Shown here piece by piece: positions 36,917 through 46,409 of a stretch of 64,000 nt of DNA. The DNA is taken from contig JAKANQ010000001.1 of NCBI GenBank assembly GCA_021812365.1, forward strand, positions 32,763 to 96,762. The letters are read 5' to 3'. The stretch is from a bacterium (GTDB taxonomy: Bacteria; Patescibacteriota; Minisyncoccia; UBA6257; GWB1-50-10). The notes below the pieces were generated by a model that saw only the letters and a program-made list of their open reading frames with translations, ran no database searches and had not been told where the DNA came from. Within the stretch, counting starts at the first letter, position 1. Each line of letters begins with the position of its first letter. A program made the translations under genes and the position numbers.

Positions 36917-38368
36917 ATGGCACGCAACGAAGTTATATTACGCTTTGATAATGTTTCCTTTGAATTTGGACATCACTCACCTATTTTAAATGAGGTCAGT
37001 TTTTCCGTACGTGACGGATGGAAAGTCACACTTATGGGTCAGAATGGGGCGGGAAAGAGTACCATATTCCAGCTTATCACGGAAGCTCTAAGTCCTGAGG
37101 AGGGAAATATTCATATCGCGGACGGTCTTTCCATCGCCATTGCTCGCCAGGTCATTCCTCGCGATCAGATGGTGCTCTCGGTGCGTGAATTTTTTGAAAG
37201 ATGCTTTGACACTAAAATATACGATATTGACCCTCGCATTGATGAGGTACTTGAAGTTGTGAATTTACACGCACCTCACGATCGCATCGTCGGTTCGTTT
37301 TCGGGGGGACAGCAGGCTCGTCTGCTTCTTGCATCGGCACTTATTCAAAAGCCCGATCTTCTATTGCTTGATGAGCCGACAAACAATTTGGATAAAGACG
37401 GCATCGCACATCTCACAAAATTTCTCATTGATTATAAGAAGACGTGTATCGTCATCTCACACGACGCGGATTTCTTGAACGCATTTACTCAAGGAGTTCT
37501 CTACCTCGACATTTTTACACAAAAAGTTGAACAATATGTAGGTAACTATAAGGATGTGGTTGCCGAGATTTCAGCAAGAATCGAGAAAGAGAACAGGAAG
37601 AACGCATTGCTGGAAAAGGAGATTCAAGCAAACAAAGACAAGGCGAACTTCTTCGCGCATAAAGGCGGCCAGATGAGACTTGTTGCAAAGAAAATGAGAG
37701 AGAAGGTTGAAGAAATGGAGGAGGCAAAGGTGGATGTCCGAAAGGAAGATAAGACGATACGTCAGTTCGTCATTCCCTCACAGCCTGAACTCATCGGTGA
37801 AATATTGCATATCTCGTCATTTTCAATATTCAAAGAACACAAACCTACAGTCAAAAAAGCAAATATCTCATTGAAGAAGAATCAACATCTTTTGCTTGTG
37901 GGAAGGAACGGTATTGGGAAGAGCACTCTTTTGGAAGCGCTGGCGAGCGGCAAGAATAAGGGCGCCACGATCGCGGAAGATGTGCGCGTAGGATACTATC
38001 GACAGGATTTCTCGACGCTGAACTTTGAGGATTCCGTATATACAGCCCTTTCTTCTGTTTCTGAAAATATCGGTGAGGAGCAGCTTCGTTCCATCGCGGC
38101 GGGTTTTCTCATCGATGAAGAAATGATGAGGAAAAGGGTTGGTTCCCTTTCTGAGGGGCAAAAAGGACTTGTTGCAATGGCGCAGCTTGTGCTTCTGCGT
38201 CCCGGACTTCTCATTCTTGATGAGCCGACCAATCATATCAATTTCCGCCACCTTCCCATCATTGCTTCGGCTCTCAATAAGTATGATGGTGCTATGATAC
38301 TTGTAAGCCACGTTCCCGAATTCGTATCACAAATTCGAATTGATGAGGTGTTTGACCTCGAAAAATAA
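36917..38368 (+). CDS. ABC-F family ATPase
   Basis: Two NBDs (GQNGAGKST, FSGGQ, LDEPTN; GRNGIGKST, LSEGQ, LDEPTN), no TM. Confidence 0.92.
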   Translation: MARNEVILRFDNVSFEFGHHSPILNEVSFSVRDGWKVTLMGQNGAGKSTIFQLITEALSPEEGNIHIADGLSIAIARQVIPRDQMVLSVREFFERCFDTKIYDIDPRIDEVLEVVNLHAPHDRIVGSFSGGQQARLLLASALIQKPDLLLLDEPTNNLDKDGIAHLTKFLIDYKKTCIVISHDADFLNAFTQGVLYLDIFTQKVEQYVGNYKDVVAEISARIEKENRKNALLEKEIQANKDKANFFAHKGGQMRLVAKKMREKVEEMEEAKVDVRKEDKTIRQFVIPSQPELIGEILHISSFSIFKEHKPTVKKANISLKKNQHLLLVGRNGIGKSTLLEALASGKNKGATIAEDVRVGYYRQDFSTLNFEDSVYTALSSVSENIGEEQLRSIAAGFLIDEEMMRKRVGSLSEGQKGLVAMAQLVLLRPGLLILDEPTNHINFRHLPIIASALNKYDGAMILVSHVPEFVSQIRIDEVFDLEK

Positions 38369-38392
38369 GACAGAACTCTCTATACTGTACGT

Positions 38393-38740
38393 ATGGATAC
38401 CGAAACGATCATCTGTCCGAAGTGCGGTTCAATAGTTCCCGCATCGGCCTATTTTTGTCCTCAGTGCGGAAAACCGCTTAAAGCAAAGCCGATATCAACC
38501 TCCTTTTCAAAGCAAGTCCTCGTATACTTGGTAAGTTTCTTTCTTCCTCCTTTTGGACTCACCTACGCATGGCAGTACTATAAACAGAATGATGAAAAAT
38601 CAAAGGAAATCGCGCTCTTTTCCCTCATTCTTACCGTAGTTTCAGTGATACTCACGCTTTGGGCCGCAAACTCAATGATGAACTCGCTAACGCAATCCTT
38701 GGGCATTGGAGGCGGTTTAGGAAATCTTAACGGCTTGTGA
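38393..38740 (+). CDS. Zinc-ribbon membrane protein
   Basis: CPKCG...FCPQCG plus two TMs. Confidence 0.75.
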   Translation: MDTETIICPKCGSIVPASAYFCPQCGKPLKAKPISTSFSKQVLVYLVSFFLPPFGLTYAWQYYKQNDEKSKEIALFSLILTVVSVILTLWAANSMMNSLTQSLGIGGGLGNLNGL

Positions 38741-38744
38741 ACAA

Positions 38745-38778
38745 AAAAATCACACTCAATAATGAGTGTGATTTTTTA
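38745..38778. terminator. Bidirectional terminator
   Basis: AAAAAATCACACTCA/TGAGTGTGATTTTTT. Confidence 0.75.
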
Positions 38779-40140
38779 TTATTTTCCAAATGACCTGCTT
38801 GGTCGTGAGCCGCGACTTCTGAATCTCGGTTTTTTCTTGAATGAACCTTCTGTCTTGAAAGGTGAACTCTGCCCAGATTCTCTGCGCGCCGCGTATCCCG
38901 CGACGTTATGCCGTTTTGCGTGACCTCTTCCCACAGGATTGAATCTTCGAGGTGAGAAACGACGCTCTTCACGTTCAGGTCGTTCCGGAGGAATTCCCAT
39001 CTTTGCCGCAGGAAGCGGATTGGGTAATTCAGGTAACTTTGAAACCGGTAGCGTTTCGCGAATCAGTCTTTCAATCGCGCGAATATCGTCTCTTTGATTT
39101 CCACGTGCAAATGAGATTGCGTGGCCGCTTACTCCCGCGCGTCCCGTACGCCCGATTCGATGTACGTAATCATCCGCATTTTCAGGAAGGTCATAGTTTA
39201 TGACCACTTCAATATTACTCACATCAATACCGCGCGCCGCAATATCAGTCGCAACAAGTACTCGATACTTTCCGTTTTTGAATCCCTCAAGCGCTTCGCG
39301 GCGCTGGCCAAGCGAACGATTTGAGTGAATCTCGGTTGCGGAATGCCCCAAAAATCTCACCAATGCCGCTATTCGTTTCGCATTATGCTTTGTGCGAGAA
39401 AAGACGAGTACGGAACCCTTGTATTCCTGCAATAGTTTTTCTAAAAGTCTCGATTTATCCTCTTGCGACACAATGAACAATTCCTGCGTCACGTCCTTTG
39501 CGGTACTGCCTGGACGCGCAATCTCGATTCTGATCGGCAGTTTCATATAGGCGCGAGCGATGGAGACGATCTCCTCGGGCATCGTTGCCGAAAAAAGCAT
39601 CGTTTGTCGCTCCTCGGGAATTGCCGCGATGATCTGCTTCAATTGAGGGGCAAATCCCATGTCCAACATTCTGTCCGCCTCATCCAATACAAGCATGGTG
39701 ACCTTGCTCAAGTTGATGGTTTTTTGGTCCACGTGGTCGATAAGACGTCCGGGGGTGCCTATGACTATGTCCGGCCTTCGTGCGAGCGCGCGAAGTTGGC
39801 GCGGCATCGGTTCGCCTCCTATGATAACAGCTGTTTTCACTCCAAGCTGCATTCCTATCTTATTCAATGATTCCGCTACCTGAACTGCGAGTTCACGCGT
39901 AGGAACCACCACAAGGCCAAGGCTTTGCTCTTTTAGCACGCGCTGAATCATCGGAATACCGAATGCGAGTGTTTTTCCCGTTCCGGTCTGCGCGACGCCC
40001 ATCACATCCTTTCCCTCCATTGCGATCGGAATAGCCTGTTCCTGAATAGGCGTAGGTTTTGTAAAATTGATTTTTTGTAAGATTCCGAGAATTGCGGGCG
40101 CTATGCCAAGTCCTTCAAATCCCTTTTCGTTGTTTGTCAT
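38779..40140 (-). CDS. DEAD-box RNA helicase (RhlE-like)
   Basis: Q motif, AQTGTGKT, PTRELA, DEAD, SAT, ARGID, HRIGRTGR. Confidence 0.95.
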   Translation of the reverse strand: MTNNEKGFEGLGIAPAILGILQKINFTKPTPIQEQAIPIAMEGKDVMGVAQTGTGKTLAFGIPMIQRVLKEQSLGLVVVPTRELAVQVAESLNKIGMQLGVKTAVIIGGEPMPRQLRALARRPDIVIGTPGRLIDHVDQKTINLSKVTMLVLDEADRMLDMGFAPQLKQIIAAIPEERQTMLFSATMPEEIVSIARAYMKLPIRIEIARPGSTAKDVTQELFIVSQEDKSRLLEKLLQEYKGSVLVFSRTKHNAKRIAALVRFLGHSATEIHSNRSLGQRREALEGFKNGKYRVLVATDIAARGIDVSNIEVVINYDLPENADDYVHRIGRTGRAGVSGHAISFARGNQRDDIRAIERLIRETLPVSKLPELPNPLPAAKMGIPPERPEREERRFSPRRFNPVGRGHAKRHNVAGYAARRESGQSSPFKTEGSFKKKPRFRSRGSRPSRSFGK

Positions 40141-40241
40141 TCGTCGACCATCATATCACATTGACAAAATAAAGCAAATATTTCTTTTTGATGTTACAGT
40201 TCAAATAAAATCCCCTCCAAATATGATTGGAGGGGATGGTC

Positions 40242-40787
40242 TCATCCATCAACCCTGAATTGTTCCGGATTGGCAATTAAATCTGCAAGACCAAGTTTGA
40301 CCGCCTTTTCTGAAGTAATTGATACCTCATTATTCATCAATTCACTGATTTTTCTTAATGAGAGTGACCCGCCAGATCTTTCTACGAGGATATTTCGATA
40401 TCTTTCGATCGCATGATCTATTTCCCATGCCACCGTACGCATCAAATTCGTACTAAGCTTTGAATTTCTATGCAAATCATCAATACCAACATTGTGGAAA
40501 AATAAGGTCGTATTTTTTGTCAAAATGCGAGTTTTTCCCGCAGCTAAGATTATCGGCGCCGTTGAACTCACTTCCCCCGTACCGACGGTGATGAGCGTCG
40601 GTTTTAGAAGCTGTATTGCATCGTAAAAAGCCAGACCTACGTCCATCTCCCCGCCACCGCTGAAAAGCCACAATGTAATGGGCTCCTCCTTGCTTTTCAA
40701 AAGGAGCTTTTCAATTTTGCTCATTACGCGAGCATACCCCTGGCGATCGATGTAACCAACCCACTTCACCAAACGGTTGAGATTCAT
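40242..40787 (-). CDS. ClpP-like (S14) protease subunit, divergent
   Basis: SGGGE..G.AFYD, VSSTA (Ser), FFHN (His), AVKLGLAD. Confidence 0.75.
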   Translation of the reverse strand: MNLNRLVKWVGYIDRQGYARVMSKIEKLLLKSKEEPITLWLFSGGGEMDVGLAFYDAIQLLKPTLITVGTGEVSSTAPIILAAGKTRILTKNTTLFFHNVGIDDLHRNSKLSTNLMRTVAWEIDHAIERYRNILVERSGGSLSLRKISELMNNEVSITSEKAVKLGLADLIANPEQFRVDG

Positions 40788-40865
40788 ATGCCCCCCCTAT
40801 AGCAATGTTCTTATTACAAAATACGCCACTCACGGTGGAAGTCAATTTCCCTTTTGCCTACCGCC

Positions 40866-42071
40866 TTACTCGTATCGTAGGGCTTCCGCCGGCTCCATTT
40901 TTGCAGCCCTCCTTGCAGGCAAAAAGCCGGCTATCATTCCCGTAATGAAGGCGATTATAAGAATGACGAAGATACCAAGAAAATCGAGAGATTCGAAGGA
41001 GAAAAATCCTTTTATGCCGAATCCATCGGCAATAAGTCCTATCGCATATGCAAGCACTATGCCCAATATCGCCCCTATCGCACCTCCTATAAATCCGATG
41101 ACTCCTGACTCAATGAGGAACATGAGCAGTATGTTTCCCGAAGATGCGCCTACCGCCTTCAATATGCCAATGTGCTTGGTACGTTCAAGGACGGAAGTGT
41201 ACATTGTGTTCATGATTCCCACCGCACCCACGATAAGTGATACCAACGCAATGACGATCAATACGAACTCTACGATTGAAAGCACGCTTCCTATGAGGAC
41301 ATTCGCTTTCTCCGGTGTAAGCACTGAAAAATCAGGGACCACCTCTTGCTTTGAAAGTTTGAATTTTATTTGCTGGGCAATGAGATCTATATCAACGCCT
41401 GGATTCGTCTTTACGAGTGCGGTCATCGCGCCCTGTCTTCCGGTAAGATGACGGAATATCGGGATGGAAAGAAAAGCGGAATTATCATCGTCCGTTCCAG
41501 TCTTTGCAAGAATTCCCGCAACGACGATCTTCCTTGATTTGATGATTATCTCATCGCCGGTCTTTATTGGAGTCTTAAATAACTTCGTTGCGGCCAAATA
41601 TCCGAATACAATCTCATTTTTGTCATTATTTTCAGGCCATACCCCCTCTTCAAGCCTCAATCCTTGCGATTCTTGAAACACAATTTGTATTTCTTTCCAT
41701 TCAACCGCGTGCACAAGCAGCCCCTTTTTTTCACCGTGCGATTCGATGTTAAGTGAGGCCACGTCGACGGGTGTTGCGAATTTAACCCCCTCTATGGTTT
41801 CAAGGGCATCTATATCCTTGTCTCTGAATCGTTCGCCTGAGACGAGCCCCACCATCGGATTCGTTTCCTTTCCGGGGTACACCATAATAAGATCGGAACC
41901 GAACATTTGAAGCGCCTTTGCAATCACGTTCTGAACGCCGGAACTTATCGAGAAAATAGTGACCACGAGCATGATGCCTATCACTATTCCGAGAACAGTA
42001 AGCCAACTTCTTATTGGTCTGAACCTGATGCTTTTGAAAATAAGGGTAAGAAATTGTATTCCCATGATCAT
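40866..42071 (-). CDS. MacB-like ABC permease
   Basis: GAVGIMNTMYTSVLERTKHIGILKAVGA, PAEALRYE. Confidence 0.9.
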   Translation of the reverse strand: MIMGIQFLTLIFKSIRFRPIRSWLTVLGIVIGIMLVVTIFSISSGVQNVIAKALQMFGSDLIMVYPGKETNPMVGLVSGERFRDKDIDALETIEGVKFATPVDVASLNIESHGEKKGLLVHAVEWKEIQIVFQESQGLRLEEGVWPENNDKNEIVFGYLAATKLFKTPIKTGDEIIIKSRKIVVAGILAKTGTDDDNSAFLSIPIFRHLTGRQGAMTALVKTNPGVDIDLIAQQIKFKLSKQEVVPDFSVLTPEKANVLIGSVLSIVEFVLIVIALVSLIVGAVGIMNTMYTSVLERTKHIGILKAVGASSGNILLMFLIESGVIGFIGGAIGAILGIVLAYAIGLIADGFGIKGFFSFESLDFLGIFVILIIAFITGMIAGFLPARRAAKMEPAEALRYE

Positions 42072-42934
42072 TCTGTGTACATTGCTTTGTGGACATGGTG
42101 GTCGGGAACCAGTGCCCCATCTTTTAAGGTGATTATCTCATCGGCTTTCTCCGCGATATCTTTGTCATGCGTCACAATGACCAATGTTTTCTTTTGAACG
42201 CGATTGAACTCAATGAGCATTTCAAGTAACTTGTTTCCCGTGTTCGAATCCAAATTGCCCGTTGGCTCGTCACAAAGGAGAATTGCGGGATCATTTGAAA
42301 GAGCTCGTAAAATAGCGACCCTCTGCTGTTCCCCTCCTGATAATTGCGAAGGTCTGTGATTCATTCGTTCTTCCAGCCCCATTGCCTTAAATTGTTCCCT
42401 CACTTTTTCTGCATCGGTTTTTCGCGCCGCAAATATGCGCGGTACGGTGACATTTTCATGCGCGGTGAGCCATGGAATGAGGTTATACTGCTGGAATACG
42501 AATCCGAATGTCTCTGACCTGAGAAGAGCGCTCTCATCATCCCCTAGTGCTGAAATATCGGAACCGCGCAGATAGACCTTTCCCGATGTAGGCTTATCCA
42601 AAAGTCCCATCATATTCAACAAAGTGCTTTTTCCGGAGCCGCTTGCGCCGATGATAGAGACGAAATCTCCTTCCCAAATATGAACATCCAATTCTTTTAG
42701 CACTTGTGTCTCGACTTCGTCGCTCTTAAAAATCTTCCATACGCCATCGAGATGAATAAGAGGCACTCCCATGAATTTTTTAGGATTTTTCTTAAATCGC
42801 TCAAAGCATCCTTCCCCACAAAAATAAAATTGACGGCCTTCGTAGGAGTGCGTGATCACCCCCGGAAAGGATGCGAGGTGCATTCCGCATACAAGGTCAA
42901 TCTTCTTTTCTTCAATCTCTTCGTTCGTGTGCAT
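42068..42934 (-). CDS. ABC ATPase (LolD/MacB-like) with an N-terminal YHS/TRASH-like domain
   Basis: DLVCGM...YEGRQFYFCGEGCFERFKKNP then [25 protein letters not shown]. Confidence 0.88.
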   Translation of the reverse strand: MHTNEEIEEKKIDLVCGMHLASFPGVITHSYEGRQFYFCGEGCFERFKKNPKKFMGVPLIHLDGVWKIFKSDEVETQVLKELDVHIWEGDFVSIIGASGSGKSTLLNMMGLLDKPTSGKVYLRGSDISALGDDESALLRSETFGFVFQQYNLIPWLTAHENVTVPRIFAARKTDAEKVREQFKAMGLEERMNHRPSQLSGGEQQRVAILRALSNDPAILLCDEPTGNLDSNTGNKLLEMLIEFNRVQKKTLVIVTHDKDIAEKADEIITLKDGALVPDHHVHKAMYTE

Positions 42935-42940
42935 GAGCGA

Positions 42941-44491
42941 TTAACTTCCTGAGACGAGCACCAGTTGACCCTCATTTAATCCACGCGTCACCTCAATGGT
43001 GTCATCATCTGAAATGCCGGTTTCTATCTCAACTTCTTGTATGGCGCCATTTTCCAGAATTTTGACATAGCGTCTGTTTCCACTTTTATATACGGCAATT
43101 TCGGGAATAGCGAGGACATTCTTCTTTGTTATTCCATATATCACAAGATCCGCACTCATTCCGGCTCGAATTTGGCGACTTGTATCAGTTCCTGCGTCAA
43201 ACACTATATTCACTCGAAAATATTTATCTCCTTCCTCAACTATTTCCTTTGAATCAATTGAGAAGACCTTGCCGGAATATTTAACTCCCGGAAAAGAATC
43301 AAATTCTATTGAAACGACTCCGGCGTCTTCTTCCCGTATCCTTCCGATATCAAGCTCTGAAATATCAGATTGTATCTTAAGTTCCGGAATCGAAAGTGAG
43401 ACCGCAATTTTACCAGGTCCCGAAAGTTCGTTTCTTTCAACCCATATCTTGGTCACCTTTGCGTCAGCGGGTGCTCTCAATGTCGCCTTAGCGATTCTTT
43501 CGTTCACTGTCGCAATCTCATCATTTATCTCATCAATTTGCGCGTGCGCGATGGCAATCTCCTCGGATCTTGTTCCCGCCTGTTTCAATGCAAGCTGATT
43601 TTCCGCGATTATCACATTTGATCTTGCAACTTCAAGTTTCTCTTGTGCGACAGTGAGGTTTGTCATCGCGAGCCCCATTGCCGTTCTGCCTGCGGATATA
43701 TTTACTCGCCACGCATCTATCGTTGTTTGCGTCAACGCGCCACTTGGCGCGAGATTGCTCAAAATGAGCGCCGCCTTGCTCGAAACGGTCTGCGCGAGTA
43801 AAAGATTATCTTTGGATATCTCGCTTATTGCACCAAGATCGCTTGAAGTTGAGAGTGAAGCAATGAGTGAGCTCCAATCAGAAAACTTACGTTCCATCAA
43901 AAGTCTCGCGGCCTCTATATCTGTCTTAAGCTGATTATCGGTTGGTTGAAAAGAAAGCTTCGGATCTGATCTCGGATTGAGAAAGAGCGGATCTATTTTA
44001 TTGCGTATTGCATCATCCGCCTTTATTTGAGCATCGATGATCGCATCAGTGAGGCCATTCTTTGCGTTATAGAGTGCTACTTTTGCGTTCTCGACTTGAG
44101 AGGCCGAAATGGTCATATCCTCGAGTGTTACACCCGCTTGAAGCTTTTGAAGTGTCGCCTTGCTTTGAAGTAGAATCGAATTCAATCGGTCTTTTTCAAG
44201 CGAAAGGTCTGTTGTCTCAAGCCGCATAAGCGAATCTCCTTTCTTTACGGTTTGCCCCTCGGAAACAAAGATCTTTTCGAGATTTCCTGAGAACGGGAAT
44301 TCAAGGTCAAACTCCTTTTGTGATACCACATCGCCGCGCTCATGCACCATTTCTTGAATATCCTTTCGCACGACCGAGGCTGTTATCACGTCATCGATCT
44401 TCACGCGAAAATATTTATTCCAAAGCCAAAAGGAGGTTATTGCAATTCCAAAGATGACAATTGCAGCTAAGTAATAGGTTATCTTCTTCAT
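42941..44491 (-). CDS. MacA-like periplasmic adaptor
   Basis: TM, VSEGQTVKKGD, LRAPAD, RAGMSAD, GLNEGQLV. Confidence 0.87.
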   Translation of the reverse strand: MKKITYYLAAIVIFGIAITSFWLWNKYFRVKIDDVITASVVRKDIQEMVHERGDVVSQKEFDLEFPFSGNLEKIFVSEGQTVKKGDSLMRLETTDLSLEKDRLNSILLQSKATLQKLQAGVTLEDMTISASQVENAKVALYNAKNGLTDAIIDAQIKADDAIRNKIDPLFLNPRSDPKLSFQPTDNQLKTDIEAARLLMERKFSDWSSLIASLSTSSDLGAISEISKDNLLLAQTVSSKAALILSNLAPSGALTQTTIDAWRVNISAGRTAMGLAMTNLTVAQEKLEVARSNVIIAENQLALKQAGTRSEEIAIAHAQIDEINDEIATVNERIAKATLRAPADAKVTKIWVERNELSGPGKIAVSLSIPELKIQSDISELDIGRIREEDAGVVSIEFDSFPGVKYSGKVFSIDSKEIVEEGDKYFRVNIVFDAGTDTSRQIRAGMSADLVIYGITKKNVLAIPEIAVYKSGNRRYVKILENGAIQEVEIETGISDDDTIEVTRGLNEGQLVLVSGS

Positions 44492-44579
44492 TTACCTTAT
44501 TATATCATTATGCGAATGTATGAAATTGATATAATAAAAAGGTAAGCCTAAAGGTCGTAAACAAATTTACCAATCTAAC

Positions 44580-44786
44580 ATGTGGCATAAATTAACATTC
44601 ATTCTTCTTATCATCGGAGGATTGAACTGGCTGCTTGTCGGTCTTGCGGGATGGGATATTGGCGCATTGTTTGGTGGCCAAGGGGCAGCTGTTTCGAGAA
44701 TAATCTATATTCTCGTTGGTCTCTCCGCGCTTGCTCAGGCCTTTACGCATAAAGGCACCTGCAAAGTGTGTGAAGCAAAGATGTAA
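44580..44786 (+). CDS. DUF378-family small membrane protein
   Basis: LLIIGGLNWLLVG...SRIIYILVGLSA. Confidence 0.88.
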   Translation: MWHKLTFILLIIGGLNWLLVGLAGWDIGALFGGQGAAVSRIIYILVGLSALAQAFTHKGTCKVCEAKM

Positions 44787-44797
44787 CAATTGTTGCA

Positions 44798-44833
44798 ATC
44801 AAAAAACACGACGTAATGTCGTGTTTTTTGATT
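44798..44833. terminator. Bidirectional terminator
   Basis: AATCAAAAAACACGAC/GTCGTGTTTTTTGATT. Confidence 0.75.
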
Positions 44834-44838
44834 CTCTA

Positions 44839-45675
44839 CTATTTGAAAAGACTAAGATTTTCTTCTAACGCATAGAATACGGAATCGCGGGCGCCGGAAT
44901 CTTTCATCGTTGCCCCTTTCTTCTTTCTAATATCTCGTATGCTTCTCATGGCTTTTTCATACATCGCGGCAATATCAGGTCGATGTACCGTTTCAGCGTA
45001 TGCTTTATACACTTTCAGCTGATCTGCGATTTCCTCAAGAATCTGGAATTGAATGGGGTGGTTTCCGAGTTCTCTCTTTCTCCCCTCAAGCCACATTGCC
45101 GACAACTCTCGAATCGTTTTTTCATCCGCACCTATGACCACGCGAGGAACATTGGGTAAGCGTTCACGGACGCCCATATACTCGGAATGGAAATATTTCA
45201 CCTCTGCAAGCGTTCCATTTTCAATCTCTTGTTTTATGCGCTTGAACTTCTTTTCGGCATCATGACTGAATGTCACATCAATGCCCATTGCAAGATGCGT
45301 CACGGACTTGCCACCCTCTTTTAATTCGGCGATCGTATCAACGCCATTCTTTATGTCGTCGTATCGCGAAGGCTTGATGGTTTCCGCATCCGGTCCGAAC
45401 CATTCACTTAATTCCGCATGCTCATGCACGATTGCTTCAAAAACAGTCGCTAATTTCTTATGTTTTTTCTGTTCTAACGTTTCCCGGTCCTCAAACTCTC
45501 TTTCCATCCTTTCAACATATTGAACATCATTCCTTATTTCATCAGTGCCATACACATCACTGAAATCTTCCGGTTTTATCTCAGCTTCCTCAATGATGGA
45601 CTTTGCCTTCTCGAACGCTTTATCAAGCGTCAATTGTTCGAAATTATTCTTTGAATCTATCCGTTCAAAATTCAT
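44839..45675 (-). CDS. Hypothetical protein
   Basis: 278-aa ORF with TATATT 9 nt upstream; DDIKNGVD...GIDVT motif. Confidence 0.7.
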   Translation of the reverse strand: MNFERIDSKNNFEQLTLDKAFEKAKSIIEEAEIKPEDFSDVYGTDEIRNDVQYVERMEREFEDRETLEQKKHKKLATVFEAIVHEHAELSEWFGPDAETIKPSRYDDIKNGVDTIAELKEGGKSVTHLAMGIDVTFSHDAEKKFKRIKQEIENGTLAEVKYFHSEYMGVRERLPNVPRVVIGADEKTIRELSAMWLEGRKRELGNHPIQFQILEEIADQLKVYKAYAETVHRPDIAAMYEKAMRSIRDIRKKKGATMKDSGARDSVFYALEENLSLFK

Positions 45676-45692
45676 AGATAATGAATATAGTG

Positions 45693-46385
45693 CTATGCGA
45701 CCCGCTTCAGTGAAGTTATTTCTTCATCGGTGAGCTGTCGCCACTTTCCCGGTTTTATGTCCTTTAGTGTTATTTTCCCGATCCTTAGCCGTTTTAATTC
45801 CTGTATGGTGAGATAGACCGCCGCGCACATTCTGCGTATCTGATGTTTTTTTCCTTCTTTTAAGATTATCTTGAATGTATAGGGGCCCACAAGTTTTGTC
45901 TTTGCGGGGAGCGTTATCCCCTCTGCGAGCATTATTCCTTCCTCCATCTTCCTCAGTTTTCCCGGCGTGAGCGGTTCCCTAACCGTGACTTCATACTCCT
46001 TTTCAATGAGATGGTCTGTGCCCGTGACGGTCGAGGTGATTGCGCCGTCATTGGAAAGGAGAAGTAGTCCTTCGCTTTCCTTATCCAATCTCCCTACTGT
46101 ATTCAGATATTTGAATTCGGGAAGCAGATCAAAGACCGTCGGCCCCTCCTCTTTGATTTTTGAAGAAACGATGCCGCGCGGCTTATTAAGTGCAATCGTT
46201 ATCTTCTTTCCGAGCGAAGGACGCGCTGACGGCAATATCTCAATTGTATCCTTTTCGGGATCTATTTGAGTGCCAAGCTCCTTCACCACCTTTCCATTCA
46301 CGGTGATGAATCCCTTCAATATAAAATCTTCCGTCTCTCTTCGAGAAAGTATCTTACGCTCCGACATGTATTTCTGAATGCGCAT
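45693..46385 (-). CDS. RsuA/RluB-family pseudouridine synthase
   Basis: S4 domain, LNKPRG, VGRLDKESEGLLL, EGKKHQIRRM. Confidence 0.92.
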   Translation of the reverse strand: MRIQKYMSERKILSRRETEDFILKGFITVNGKVVKELGTQIDPEKDTIEILPSARPSLGKKITIALNKPRGIVSSKIKEEGPTVFDLLPEFKYLNTVGRLDKESEGLLLLSNDGAITSTVTGTDHLIEKEYEVTVREPLTPGKLRKMEEGIMLAEGITLPAKTKLVGPYTFKIILKEGKKHQIRRMCAAVYLTIQELKRLRIGKITLKDIKPGKWRQLTDEEITSLKRVA

Positions 46386-46409
46386 TTCCCTTATAGTAGC
46401 CCCGCGCGT

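Noticed and set aside
40777-41451. 224-aa plus-strand ORF and similar antisense ORFs (e.g. 62932..63492, 7214..7684, 17851..18294)
   Set aside because: Shadow frames opposite well-supported genes, with no motifs of their own.
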